Source of the DNA: Saccostrea echinata
Lineage: Eukaryota
NCBI RefSeq assembly: GCF_033153115.1
Contig: NW_026889806.1
Location: 1,736,001-1,800,000, forward strand
DNA length: 64,000 nt
Reading direction: 5' to 3'
Shown here: positions 1 to 11,688 of the stretch, in pieces
Layout of the letters: each line of letters opens with the position of its first letter
Position numbering within the stretch: position 1 is the stretch's first letter
Position numbers and translations under genes: made by a program
The notes under the pieces: model-generated
Seen by the model: the letters and a program-made list of their open reading frames with translations, nothing else
The model's database searches: none
What the model was told of the DNA's origin: nothing

Positions 1-1215
1 GATGTTTCTTCGTTGGGAAATGCAATGAATACAGTACTTGTATTTATCTTAACTCTTTTCGTCATTGAGATTTTTTCATACGTTAATGTCTTTGCACTCA
101 ATGGAGTAATTAAGCTGTAGACATCTTCAATTCAGAATAGTTTCTTATGTGTTATTTTCAAGACTGTTTTGATATCGGTTGCCATATTTTTCAATAAACT
201 AGAGCACATTTTTTTGTTAAGCATAAACAAATTGCAATGTGTTGAATTGGAAAAAAAAGTTTTAGCATGCATGTAATTCAGATTCAGTGCAGATGTTAAA
301 TTTCTACATCTTTGGTAATTATTATCAGATACCTTTCTGCTTATTTTGAACCAATATTTGTCATATGTAGTAACACCTTCTCTCTTTGTGAAAAAAACAA
401 CCTCTTTCATACATGTACATATATTGGGTAAAATTCTAGCACCTGCTTTCACAAAAACAACAAATATTGAGTAAAAGTCGGGTATCTATCACGAGTACCT
501 GCTTACACAAAACAAATTTACATAAAAAAGTCTTTCATTATTTATATGTGTGAAGCTTATCAAATAAAGTACCTATCACCCGTAATTGTGTGGTAATTTT
601 ACAATCCCTATAGAAGGCACCCATTAACAGACTCGTAGTTTAATTGTTTGGGTCGAATTCCCATTGCTAACTTAACAAAGCAATATCTTTAATTCTTCAT
701 ATTTATACAGTATTGCATTGTCTGCAAATCAGAGACGGATATCTACTTTCCAACGAAAAATCTAAACATTTAAACTAAAGGTCGTCATTAAGATGCGAAA
801 GATAAATTGAAATTTAATACAGACCATCTTCATAATTAATGAACCCGGATAAAGAGGGTATTGTGCGTGTCACATTTTTCAAGCGCCCACAGATAAAAAA
901 AAATATAGAAGTTCGCAAAATAACATCATTGCAAGTATGAATTCATTCCGTAAATTGATGTTAAAAAGTGGTGAAAGACAGGCCACCTAATGCTCATTCG
1001 TTAATTAGCAATTTACCGAGCTTCCTTCGCGACACTAGCGCACCATTTCTATAGAGCTGCGAGATCGCATTTCGCACCAGCCCTAATGGTCGCAAGCGGA
1101 AACAAGAGAGCGTGTTTGTACTGGGATGATGTTCCGATAATCTTTTGTTATAAGTTTTTGTGATATCATAATCTGTAAATTTCCTCTGTGACGGACACAA
1201 GTCACAACTCTTAAA

Positions 1216-1279
1216 CACGTCAGTTCTTTCTCTTCATTATAACTCCTACTGTCTTCTGATTGGTTAAGCGTCTATAAAA
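1216..1279 (+). promoter_or_regulatory. Core promoter of the RFamide precursor gene (CRE-like site, inverted CCAAT box, TATA box)
   Basis: CACGTCA at 1216-1222, ATTGG (reverse CCAAT, in CTGATTGGTT) at 1259-1263 and TATAAAA at 1273-1279, about 60 nt upstream of the ATG at 1337. Confidence 0.55.
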
Positions 1280-1336
1280 CTGTAATTCCGCGTTGCGGAC
1301 ATCCACTTTGAATTTGGTTTCTTTCCAGTATCCACT

Positions 1337-4009
1337 ATGATGTGTTTTGCAAGGTAAGGTTACTTACATTTCATTTATGTCCATCTATGCAATCAAAGTT
1401 TTCATTTACAAAAATTACAATATCCTTGGTTTTATCCACAAGGAAGAAATGAACAAAAAGGAATTGGAATTTTATTATATAACTTATTTTTTTATCTTTA
1501 CTTGAATTGTATTTTGATATATGTATTGGCATATAAAATAGCGCAATGTAAACTTTTCACAGCTATCAAAATAAAATCCATTGTTATTTGTTTAATCAAG
1601 GTTTAAATCATAATGATTAATTATATAAATAAATAAAATTATTATTTAGATTTTGAGAAAGGAACGATGGGAGATATTCTTTTATCTTCACGATATTTGC
1701 AGAGCTTTTAGCCACACATTATGTAGCAGTTTAAATCAACTAAATTAAGTGATTTTTGATATCTTAAAAAATTATATTAAAAGTATATAAAATCGGTGTA
1801 AATTTCCCACAGCTATACGTATATGGTTACGGCTTTGCTTTCAGTAGCAGCATGCTGAGACTATTTGTGGTTGCCTTCTGGACATTAACAATTGTGTTCA
1901 AACAAACACAGGGACTGTCTGCACTTGAAAATCTTCTAGCAGAGGAAACTAAAGACGATTATTTGAGGGATGTTGAAGCTGATGATTCGATGCTTGATCA
2001 GAGGGCACGGGAAGAAGGTGGGATCTAATGATATCCATTAATCTAATCCTAGAACAACATGAACAGATTAAAATATTGTTAATGGTCGCATGAGCATGTC
2101 AAAAATTACTCTATTAGTTTCTGGCTCCGACTTTCTGTTAATTTGTAAATGAATTTTGTAAATGTATCGAAATATAATGTTCAAAATTTGCGCATTAGTG
2201 TGACTTAAAAGTGCATTTTCCAAAGTACACGTCCTGATTGTTTTCAATGCGGAACGACCAATTACATATCCTTTTCGATAGTATAAACATTTAGCACGAA
2301 AAAAAACTTCGTGCCATTGAGATAATATTTTTTAAACGTTTAAAATTTTAAATTTTCCGAATGTATCAAATTTATCAATATTTATTAAATTTATCATTAA
2401 TGGACTTTTTCCAGAAAAGGTAAAGACACCTTAAAATAAGGTAAATTAATGATGTCTAGAAAATTCATCATTGTTTCTACGTTTGATAGATATTGCAAAC
2501 CAAATTTGTCGAGCATGGATGACATAAATTTCAAAATATTTGAATTACAAACTGACGCAATTTTGAATTTACTGAGGATTATTTGTGTTTTTGTTAAAGG
2601 CGTTCATTGCAGAACATTTCTTTTCAATTTAGATTTAAGAAAGCTTATTTTAAAGAAACTGCGATTTCGAGATCTTCAGAATGATTCAACAGCAGAGGGT
2701 CTCAGTAGCTTAGGTATGTATTGTCATTCTTATTTCTCTCATTAAATCGCACGGTGTAATAATTCGTTTCACTTGTCATAAAAAAAAATAACCTCTTTAA
2801 TAATAATATTTTATAATTTTTAATCTCAAATGTTTATTAGTCTTGTATATTTACACTCCATGGGCTTCCTTCGATAATTCTCGAAAAATATTTTTAAAAA
2901 TAATTTTATTTGTCAATGCAAAATAAACAAGACGTTCAGCTGCTATTTGAAAAAAAAAATAGACTAAATATATTCATGCATTTAAAAATAAACTTTAAAT
3001 ACATAATATATCGTAAAAAAATATGTATACCATTCAATTTGGCACAGACTTTCTTTGATCAATGACAATGTGCAATGCAAAAAGAGAAAGATCATTCAGT
3101 ACTAAAATATTCATAAAGAATACACTTCGGGAGTGCAAAACCGGAAGTCTTTATTCTACAATCAATAATACCTGCAAATGTCTTGGTAGAAGGAATCTAG
3201 ACATAAAATACATGAAATATTTTCATGATATATTATAAGTTGAGTTATCGTGGTAGAAGGTACTTAGCCGAGATGGGAAATGCCGGTAGACTTTGATAAT
3301 TGGATAAAATTTGTCATAATTGTATCTACTAAAATTGAACCGAATGTAAATAAATGGAAAATAATATTAATTTGAATTTTTGTTCTAGGAAAAAAGTTTC
3401 TAAGATATATTTTTTTTTAAACAATGCTCAAAATATATTTTTTACGTACTTTTGTATACCAAGGATGAAAAAGTCTCTTCACCTATTTGCTTCAGTATTT
3501 TGGTTTAATCTGCCAATTTTTTCTTCACTATGCTTAGGTGCTTTTCAGTATGCTTATTTCTCAATGACTGGACCAGATTTTGTGTACATGTTTTTTTTTT
3601 ATCGCCAGAAACAAGTGGATTTTTGTATTTTTTCCCCCGTTATTTTTATTTTATACAATGTTAATAGAAGTAAGGTTTATTTGAAGAATAATGCTTTTTT
3701 TGTTGTTGTTGTATTCATCTTAATCATAACGAACGGAAATTTAGAGATATTCCCCGCTGCACTTATGTTCTCAGAATATTGACGATGTTATAGGGTTGTA
3801 CAAAGATAAAAATGAAGAGAACAAGAAGACATTTCAAAACTGGGTATCTAGTTTAGATTTAAAAACCCCAAATGATTTTTCTGGGCTACTAGTATACTCC
3901 GACTTGCCTTTTGCATATTTTCAGTCTTTTCTCTTCTTTTTCTCTTTGTATTTTTTTTTTTGGAAGTTTCTTGTTTTAATGACAATTCTTTTCCCTATGT
4001 TTGTTGTTA

Positions 4010-4042
<33 letters not shown>

Positions 4043-4626
4043 AGGGGGGGGGGGTCTGTTTAATTTTGTTGTGTTGTTTTTGGTGTTTGATTTTTGTATT
4101 CATATACTGGACTATATATTACTAGTGATGTATTTTTCCTTTGTAATGCCCCGTTACCCTTTTCATTATTGCTCAATAATTAATTGATGCTTAACCCCTC
4201 TCCCCACCCCCTCTTAAGAAACTAAAGCTATTTTCAGGTCTTTGATATGACAGAGAATGTTTTTCAAAATCCAAATTTCAAATAATCAAAATCACCCCAC
4301 TGTGTGATATTTTAAATACTTCATATGACCTTTATATACAAAGTGGCATTTCGCTTATGGTTTCTTCTTTGAATGATCAAATCTTGTGAACTTTCTCATA
4401 ATCGTCATGTATGTTATATTAGAGTTTGGCATCAACTATGGAAACCAAACATTAAACAAAAATATAAAGTTAAAATTAATTTATTTTTCTATTTTTAGTG
4501 AAGCGAGTTCCGGATTCCTATCGATTTGGGGATTCTTTGGTGGACAAGGTGGCGGCGTTACTTCGCTTTAAAATGCGCCCAACAAAAAGTCCTCAAGTCA
4601 GGATGCCCAGTCTCCGATTTGGCTGA
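1337..4626 (+). CDS. RFamide-type neuropeptide precursor (132 aa, 4 exons), possibly 26RFa/QRFP-like
   Basis: Exons 1337-1353, 1845-2017, 2633-2713, 4499-4626; all GT-AG, phases consistent, 399 nt. Translation: MMCFASSSMLRLFVVAFWTLTIVFKQTQG-LSALENLLAEETKDDYLRDVEADDSMLDQRAREEDLRKLILKKLRFRDLQNDSTAEGLSSLV-KR-VPDSYRFGDSLVDKVAALLRFKMRPTKSPQVRMPSLRF-G*. Signal peptide, acidic propeptide, dibasic KR site and C-terminal RF-Gly amidation signal. AATAAA at 4932. Confidence 0.88.
4012..4041. repeat. (TG)n microsatellite
   Basis: About 15 TG units followed by a G-run, in intron 3 of the neuropeptide gene. Confidence 0.9.
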
Positions 4627-5644
4627 GCAAAGTGTTGAGAACTGTAAAATACAGAAATGGATTAGCTTCGTCTATAGGATGCATAAATAATAGATCAATT
4701 TACCATTCATTTGTAAATTTATACGGCAACTGTATTACATGAACAATTTACAGCCCCATGATATTTCTTGTAATTTTGTTTCTTTAAATATTGGATATAA
4801 AAATTCGAGTACTTAAACGTTATTAGTAAAATTTCACATGTTTGATCGTTGTCAGGGTTTGGAAGAATTCCGCTTTGGGAGAGAGAAGATGCCATTAAAG
4901 TCTATTATGAAATCAAATATTAAATATTTGAAATAAAGAACTATAAAACATCGGAATCAAAATGTCGTTAAAATTTGGTGGGAAAGAACATGTCTTATAA
5001 TTGTGACGAATATATAATCAAATTACAATCTATAGAAATTCAAATTATAGAATATTTGAAGAAAAGAAAACTAGAATATTATTGATATCTTCACAAGTGT
5101 AAAAACTAATTACTCAAAATTTCGTTTTAGTAAATGCTACTAAACTCGGCCATGAAATCAAATTTAGAAATATTTCAAGAATTCGATATATTTCGTTGAA
5201 GAAACCGAAAATGTCATTTGAGCGAGAGGTTGCTGAACTGAACTTATCGTGAATGGTGCTAAATGGTAAGCAACTTTCTCATAAACGTCACAGGTTTCAA
5301 AAAGACAAGTCCATTTGATATTTATTCGCTAATTATCGCTACATTTTTTATTTCTTTTTCAATCAACGGTCGACATGTAACATTCTGAATACAAATATTT
5401 GTGTATCACATTCAAAAACAAAGACCCTTTTAAAGATATTCTTAAATAAAAACATTATGATTTTCCTGCATCCAAACAGATAAAAGCCGAGATTTTTTTT
5501 TCAGCAAAGGATTTTCTGTCTTTGAACTTCCATGTAAACCCAGAAGTTTCAGTGCACATTTAAAAAACCGAACACAGATATAAACGGACAAGTATAGATT
5601 AAAATTAGATTGAAAGTGATAAAACTGCAGCGTTTATAGTAAAT

Positions 5645-6096
5645 GTTCAATAGGTTGGGACCAATCACCCAAATGGATATAATAACCGATCTGGGATATA
5701 ATATCCCAAATGGGATATTTTTGTAAATTTAAGTGCAAAAAGAAAATTTTTATTTTGGCTATAAATATGAATCCCTATCAAAATACTTAAAAAGGAAAAA
5801 CTTTCGGCAAGCAGGTTTTTCTGCAACTCTACAGTTTCTTAGATTGATCTTCAAGAAGTTTAGGAATTTCCGAGAGATCTATTTCTTAAACAGTGGGCAT
5901 ACAGAAAAAATTAAACTTGTTAACCAAAAGTTATTCCTTTTTAGGTATCTTGATGCGGATTAATGATATTTAAAACCAAAATAAATTTTCTTCTTTTTTT
6001 TTTTTTTTGCACTGTAAATTTATATCTCATTTTGGATATTATATCCCAAACGTGCTATTATATCCTATTTGGGTGATTGGTCCCAACCTGTTCAAC
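5645..6096. mobile_element. Foldback/MITE-like element (near-complete palindrome)
   Basis: GTTCAATAGGTTGGGACCAATCACCCAAATGGATATAATA... from 5645 is the reverse complement of ...TATTATATCCTATTTGGGTGATTGGTCCCAACCTGTTCAAC ending at 6096. Complementarity continues inward for more than 150 bp. Confidence 0.8.
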
Positions 6097-6589
6097 ACGT
6101 CTCTATCTTTTACTGCCGTGAAGGTGAAACTTCAGATATACTGTGCCACAATATATGCAAGAAGTATTGAAAATCAAATCTTGATACTCAAATATTTCAA
6201 GGAACTTTGAAAAATTTAAAGTCAATCCCCCCCCCCCCCCCATAATCACGAACATCGAAACGTATTATTTTCAACACTTTATACAACCATTCCTAATTTT
6301 GAAAAAAATAAAAACAAAAACAAAAGAAACAAAAAAAAAAAACAGGCGTTTTTGACATAATAGACAACTGCTTCTTTAAGAAAAATGAAACTTGGAAATT
6401 ATATCTTTTGATTGGTTATTTCAAACTAACTTTGTTAAAATACACACAAGTACTCTAAAATTGATATCAAACAGATGCTGGAATTTCTCAGTGACAAGAC
6501 TAATATTTACATTTTCACAGAGTCTGTCACATGTTTTCATATTTGGATGTTTTATTGACTTTATTTGATTATGGTCAATTAATCACTAA

Positions 6590-7850
6590 ACTATGTGACA
6601 AACGGGATGACATCAACTTTGCTGTCGTCTACTTTCCCTACACTTACGGGTATGTAGTAATATTTTGGGATCACCCGCATATAATGTTTTTGTCTTCAAA
6701 CTAATTCGATACGCAAGAGCATGTTCGTCATGAATACGATCAATTTATAAACCGAGGCATGCTCCCCCCCCCCCCCCAAAAAAAAAAATACGTTGATGTT
6801 ACAGGGCTTTTAACAATTTCGCTTAAGGTAAACATTTCGAAAATTCGATGTTCATTATAGTGACCTTTTCTACAAATACAACCTATCGTTAGGTCGTATT
6901 TTGACTGACATGTTTCACTCCAATTGTTAGGCCATTGTTTTATACTTATTTTGACTTCGGCTCACTCCGTTTGCCTGAACAATACAGAGATATATGAAGA
7001 TAACAAACAATAATCAAGCTCAAATATCCACTGAAACAATACAGATTGGAAGTGGAGCTAGTAAACACGAACCTCTCAAAGCATCAGAGGTGGGATCAAG
7101 TGCCATGGGGGAGTAAGTATCCAGTAGTCGACCTTTCACACCCGTCGTGTGCGTCTTGTCATGATCGGGCAAGCGGAAAAATCTGCAGACAATTCAGAGT
7201 GAAAATAATGGCCTTACAATTTGTTTGAAAAACGTCAATCCACATTCGGCTTAACGATCGATTGTATTTGCTTACAAGGTCCTTGTATTGACAATATTTT
7301 TCTTTGTCAATAGCTTTTCTTGTTTTAGAAATTGTTCGTACCTAGAACATGCTCTTGCGTATCGAATCAACTGGGAGTCATAAAGTCCATATGCAGATGA
7401 TACTGGTTTGTTTGTCGTTTAACGTCCCTCTCGAGAATTTTTCACTCATATGGAGACGCCACCACTTGCCGGTGGAGAGCTGCAAATTTTGACCTATACT
7501 CGGCCTTAGGGCCATTGAGCAGTGAGGGATCTTTTTTGTGCCAGCACCTACTGCGACATAGGACTCGGTTTATACGGTCTCATTCAAATGACCAGTCTCC
7601 ACATCCCGCAGTGGATTCGAACCGGTGACGTAAACCAACTTCTTATACTGCGATTCTTGAGCAGGCGCTCTAACCACTGCGCAACGCGGGTGACAGATGA
7701 TACTGGTATATTGCTACATAAATAAGGGAAATTGACGATAGAAAAGTTGAAGTAATCACGTTCATTTATATAATTTTATTGTTAGTTTGCCGTGACTTTT
7801 TTTCTCTAGTAAAATATCTAAATATGAAACAGATGTGTCAGACTATGTTA
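6590..7850. mobile_element. Degenerate Penelope-like retroelement fragments, tail-to-tail (about 6590-6985 on +, 7040-7850 on -)
   Basis: The + fragment reads as decayed L(Y/C)DKRDD(F/I)NFAVV..FPY...LIRYARAC. The - fragment matches the copies at 9000-9460 and 49900-50510. Confidence 0.7.
7408..7693 (-). mobile_element. tRNA-derived SINE with 14-bp target-site duplication, inserted in the Penelope-like relic
   Basis: On the - strand: A-box-like GCGCAGTGGTTAG, B-box GGTTCGAATCC and an (AAAC)-type tail. Direct repeat CAGATGATACTGGT at 7394-7407 and 7694-7707. The uninterrupted site is seen in the copy near 50360. Confidence 0.88.
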
Positions 7851-8268
7851 CTAATTGATAAAAACGTCGTCGATAGATATATATAATGTCAAAATGAAGA
7901 CCACCACAAGAGACTTCTTCTTTTAATGTACAATAAACATATTATTTGTCTCTTTTGATTCGCTACTACCTTTTATAAATAAACAGTTAGGTCTTTATCA
8001 CATTCGCACCAAACTTTGCTCTGTCTCTTTGAAAGTTATAGAAAGCCTATTTGAAAATTTTAAGAAAAGTCCATATTTGGATTCTTCGACACCAGAATAC
8101 AGGCTCGGAGTGAGTACTACTCAAGCAACCCGTTTCTTCCTTATACTTCAACAAGGAATTGACGCAGTTAATATATAAGTAATATTGTTAATCATAAAAG
8201 GGTCCAGTCTTATATTCCTCCATATTTCAAGTTGAAGTCCATACCTTGTATTTCTTACAAAACACATA

Positions 8269-8666
8269 CCTTTATATCGCTTTAATCCGACTTACAAAAA
8301 AATTGGGGTGTGAAAAAAAAGATAAAGGTATTGAACTCCTTACATAGGGTACCCACATTCGCCATTAAAATACTTTTAAATCAAATTATTTAAAATTTTA
8401 CTCTCTATTCATTTATATTCATATATAAACAATCGACATTACTACCAAAGTTCATTCCGAAATTCCGTATACTGAATTTCGATGAACTTTAGTAGTAATC
8501 TAGATTGTTTATATGTGAATAGATATGAATAGAAAGTAAAATTTTAGTACATTTGATTTAAAGTATTTTATTGGCGAAACTGGGTAGCCTATGTAAGGAG
8601 TTCCGTACCTTCATTTTTTTTAACATCCATATTTTTTTGGTCAGTCGGACTTAAGCGATCTAAAGG
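8269..8666. mobile_element. Foldback/MITE-like palindromic element (about 400 bp)
   Basis: Arms CCTTTATATCGCTTTAATCCGAC... and ...GTCGGACTTAAGCGATCTAAAGG. Complementarity runs to a centre at GTATAC (about 8467-8472). Confidence 0.82.
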
Positions 8667-8689
8667 CTTGTGTTACAAATATTCATCGA

Positions 8690-10745
8690 CTATTGCTTCC
8701 AAACTTTTCAATTACAAAAAACTGCAGTGCCTATAGATATCGAACATTTGAAACATACTAGTAATCCTCCAACGTTTTCATGTTCTTCTTCACCCTACTA
8801 CTATAGTTCTGCTGGAAGCATCATTACTGGGGACGTAAATATAGTTAATAATGAGGATCTTAAATCACTTATTCTAAAAAGGCCAAATTTCAAGGAACTC
8901 CCATCTTTCAATGAAAAAGGTGAAGATAACGAACAGTGATCGATCTCAAAAAATCTGCAAACAATACAATTCTGTGAAGAGGACATAAAACACAAACCTC
9001 TGGAAATTCCAGAGGTGGGATCAGGTGCCTAGGAGCATCCCCTGTTGACCGGTCACATCCGCCGTGCGCCCTATGTATCGATCAGGTATACGGAACATTC
9101 CGTAGTCAAATTCAGTATGAAAACAAAGGCCTTTTATTGTTATGAAACAAGTCAGCCAAAATACGACCCAATGATAGGTTATTTTTGCTAACAAGGTCAT
9201 TATAACGGCAATAAAATTTACGAAATGCTGACTTTAAACGAGAAATTCCTGTAACATCAACTTATCTGGGTTAAAAAAATGATTGTACTCGGAGCATGCT
9301 CTTAAGTATCGAATAAGTTGGGAGATGTAAACACCATATGCAGGTGATAGCGGGATATATTACTACATAAAGTCATCTCGTTTGTCATACAATTTAGTTG
9401 TTAGTTGGTCCTTATCGTCTATAGTTAGTAAAACATCCAAATATGAAACAGATCTGACAGACTCTGTGGTGTCTTTTATTTCAAGTTCACTAGGATATAT
9501 CGAATTGACACATGAAAGAAAATAACTATTTTTAATTGATAATACACCGTCGATATATCTAAATATCGAGTTGAGGACCACAGCAAGTATTTTCTTCTTC
9601 TCATGTAGAAGTTTTTGAATAAATTCTGCTCCATGAGAATATACCGGTAAAACAGGTCGGCTAATAAAAGGAACACAATTAGTGCCCATTAGTATTCCAA
9701 CAGTTTGTTGTCAAGCCTGGTCTCCGAAGACTACATAAATGTTAAATTGTCAATGAGGAACTCCAGCATCCTTTTCCTATCAAATTTAGAGTACTTGTGT
9801 GTAGAATCAGAGTGATTTTCAACAAAGTAATTTTGTTGATGACCAATCATAAGATAGGAAAATTCGCGACATTTTTATTGAAGAAGCAGTACGTTATCTA
9901 TGGTATCAAAAAGTCTAGTTTTCAATTTATCGTGAGGAGTGGTTGTATAATGTGTAGAAAAGTCGTACATTTTGATGTTACTGACTTTGAAGAAAATTGC
10001 GATTTTTAAGTTTCTAAAAGTTCCTTAAGGATTTGGAGAAACCACATCTGATTTACACCTTTTCTAGAATATGCTGTAGCAAGGTGCGTCTGAAGTTTCT
10101 CCTTAATGCTGTTAATATTTTTGTAAGGAGTAAGGATAGAGCCTTATCATAGCATTTGCTTTACCCTGCAATATATCTCTGTAATTTTATGAAGTTAATG
10201 AATCCAGTATAGGTAGGGTAGACCGAACTCACCTTGGTTGACTGGAATGTCAAAAGTTTTAAATACTGAAATGTGATTTTGAAGAATTTAAAAAGTAAAC
10301 TTCGAGTATATAAGTTGGATTTCCATAAGTAGAATTAAAACCAAGTTCTTCTAGAATACAGTTATAATAATGAGCCTCGCAAAAAAAGACGATATTGTTA
10401 CAAGCCTTGTCGACTGAGGCCATAACATTTTGTTTACCGGGGGTATGTAGTCTTTCTAATTCTTTGATCACCTTCGATTTAGTGAAAACGGAAGGATAGA
10501 TGGTTCGTATTATTATTATTATTGCCTTTTAAATTTCTTATACGATTCTTTAATATATTTCTTAAATATTTGTTCCAATCTGACAAAGTGTCCAGGTCTT
10601 CCTTTTCATATTTAGCCCAACGTCTGGAATAATCTTCGACAGAATTCATAATAGAAGTGAAGTACTGAGAGATAGGGGCTCCCTGTATTTAGGACTTTTA
10701 ATATGATCACTAAATAAGATCTTCATTTTCTAAAAGATCTTTTAG
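8690..10745 (-). mobile_element. Degenerate Penelope-like element with reverse-transcriptase relic (main body 8990-10745 on -, inverted fragment about 8690-8915 on +)
   Basis: Frameshifted RT motifs MGTNC, LLADLF, FRYIDGVLS and LTTKLYDKRDDF (ORFs 9363-9689, 9476-9676), plus VDKACNNIVFFC (10259-10471). The + fragment ITGDVNIVNNEDLKSLILKRPNFKE matches the - strand segment near 10670-10740. Confidence 0.8.
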
Positions 10746-11688
10746 TATCAGAAAGTATGAATTTTTATAAAAGGCTAGTTTTAGGTTATATTTTGGATTT
10801 TTCAGTTGTAATACTTTGTGAATATGTCATAGAAAAATATTTTATTTTGATAAAAGTCAAAGAGCCCTTGGGGTACGGAACACGGGGGAGGGGGGGTTCC
10901 CGTCCCCAAGCACCTGTGTTTCTTGTATAGCAATTACTCCTATCACCTGCATATGGAGTTAATGTCTCCCACTTGATTCGTATGACATGCCAAACGTTGC
11001 GATATTTGATCTTTTCTATTTGTATAGTATAATTTTCCATTTGTATTCTATAGTTTCCTACTTTTGTATACTTACATGTAGTGCATATAAGAATACAAAA
11101 ATAGGAAAAAGGTGTGTCGACCCCAGAGTTAAAAAAGAAATAAAATGGAAAAGGGGAAGGGAGCGTCCAGCCCCCAAATACCTATGATTTCAGTACAGTG
11201 ATGTATACAGTCAAGAATGAAAAAGTGCATGACGTTTAAAGATTCTGAATTGTAATATAGCCAGTGGAAGTAGGTAGTACTCCCCCGTCTTTATTATTTA
11301 CTGTTTAGAAGATGACTGTCAGAATTGATCCTACGTTTTAAATATGATTTTTTTAAACATGGCCGTAGGTTTTTTATTTTTTGTTTGTTTGTTTTTTTTG
11401 GGGGGGGGGGGGGCTTGTCAAGGAATTTTGATAGTTGCTAGTGCCCCCTCCCCAACTGAAAATGTATATGGTTGTGCCCCATCAATGTGAAATTGCTTCC
11501 TACGGTCCTGTTAGATACATATATTTTTATTTAACTGCAGATTAAACAGCAGTTGATCAATTTACCTGTAGTTCTTAACTTCTTTAAGATAAAATTAGAC
11601 CACTGTTCTATATATATGTTCAATATATACAGATAGGGGTTATCGATGTGATACCGATTGACACTAACAAGACCAAAACAACCTAGCC

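Noticed and set aside
4507-4530. Separate VPDSYRF-amide peptide from the internal RFG
   Set aside because: The Gly is followed by Asp-Ser rather than a basic cleavage site, so release is unsupported.
7600-7693. tRNA gene
   Set aside because: The A and B boxes belong to a SINE head: there is a body, a tail and a TSD, and no clean cloverleaf.
9363-9689. Functional reverse transcriptase
   Set aside because: Multiple frameshifts and stops, and the catalytic YIDD is altered to YIDG.
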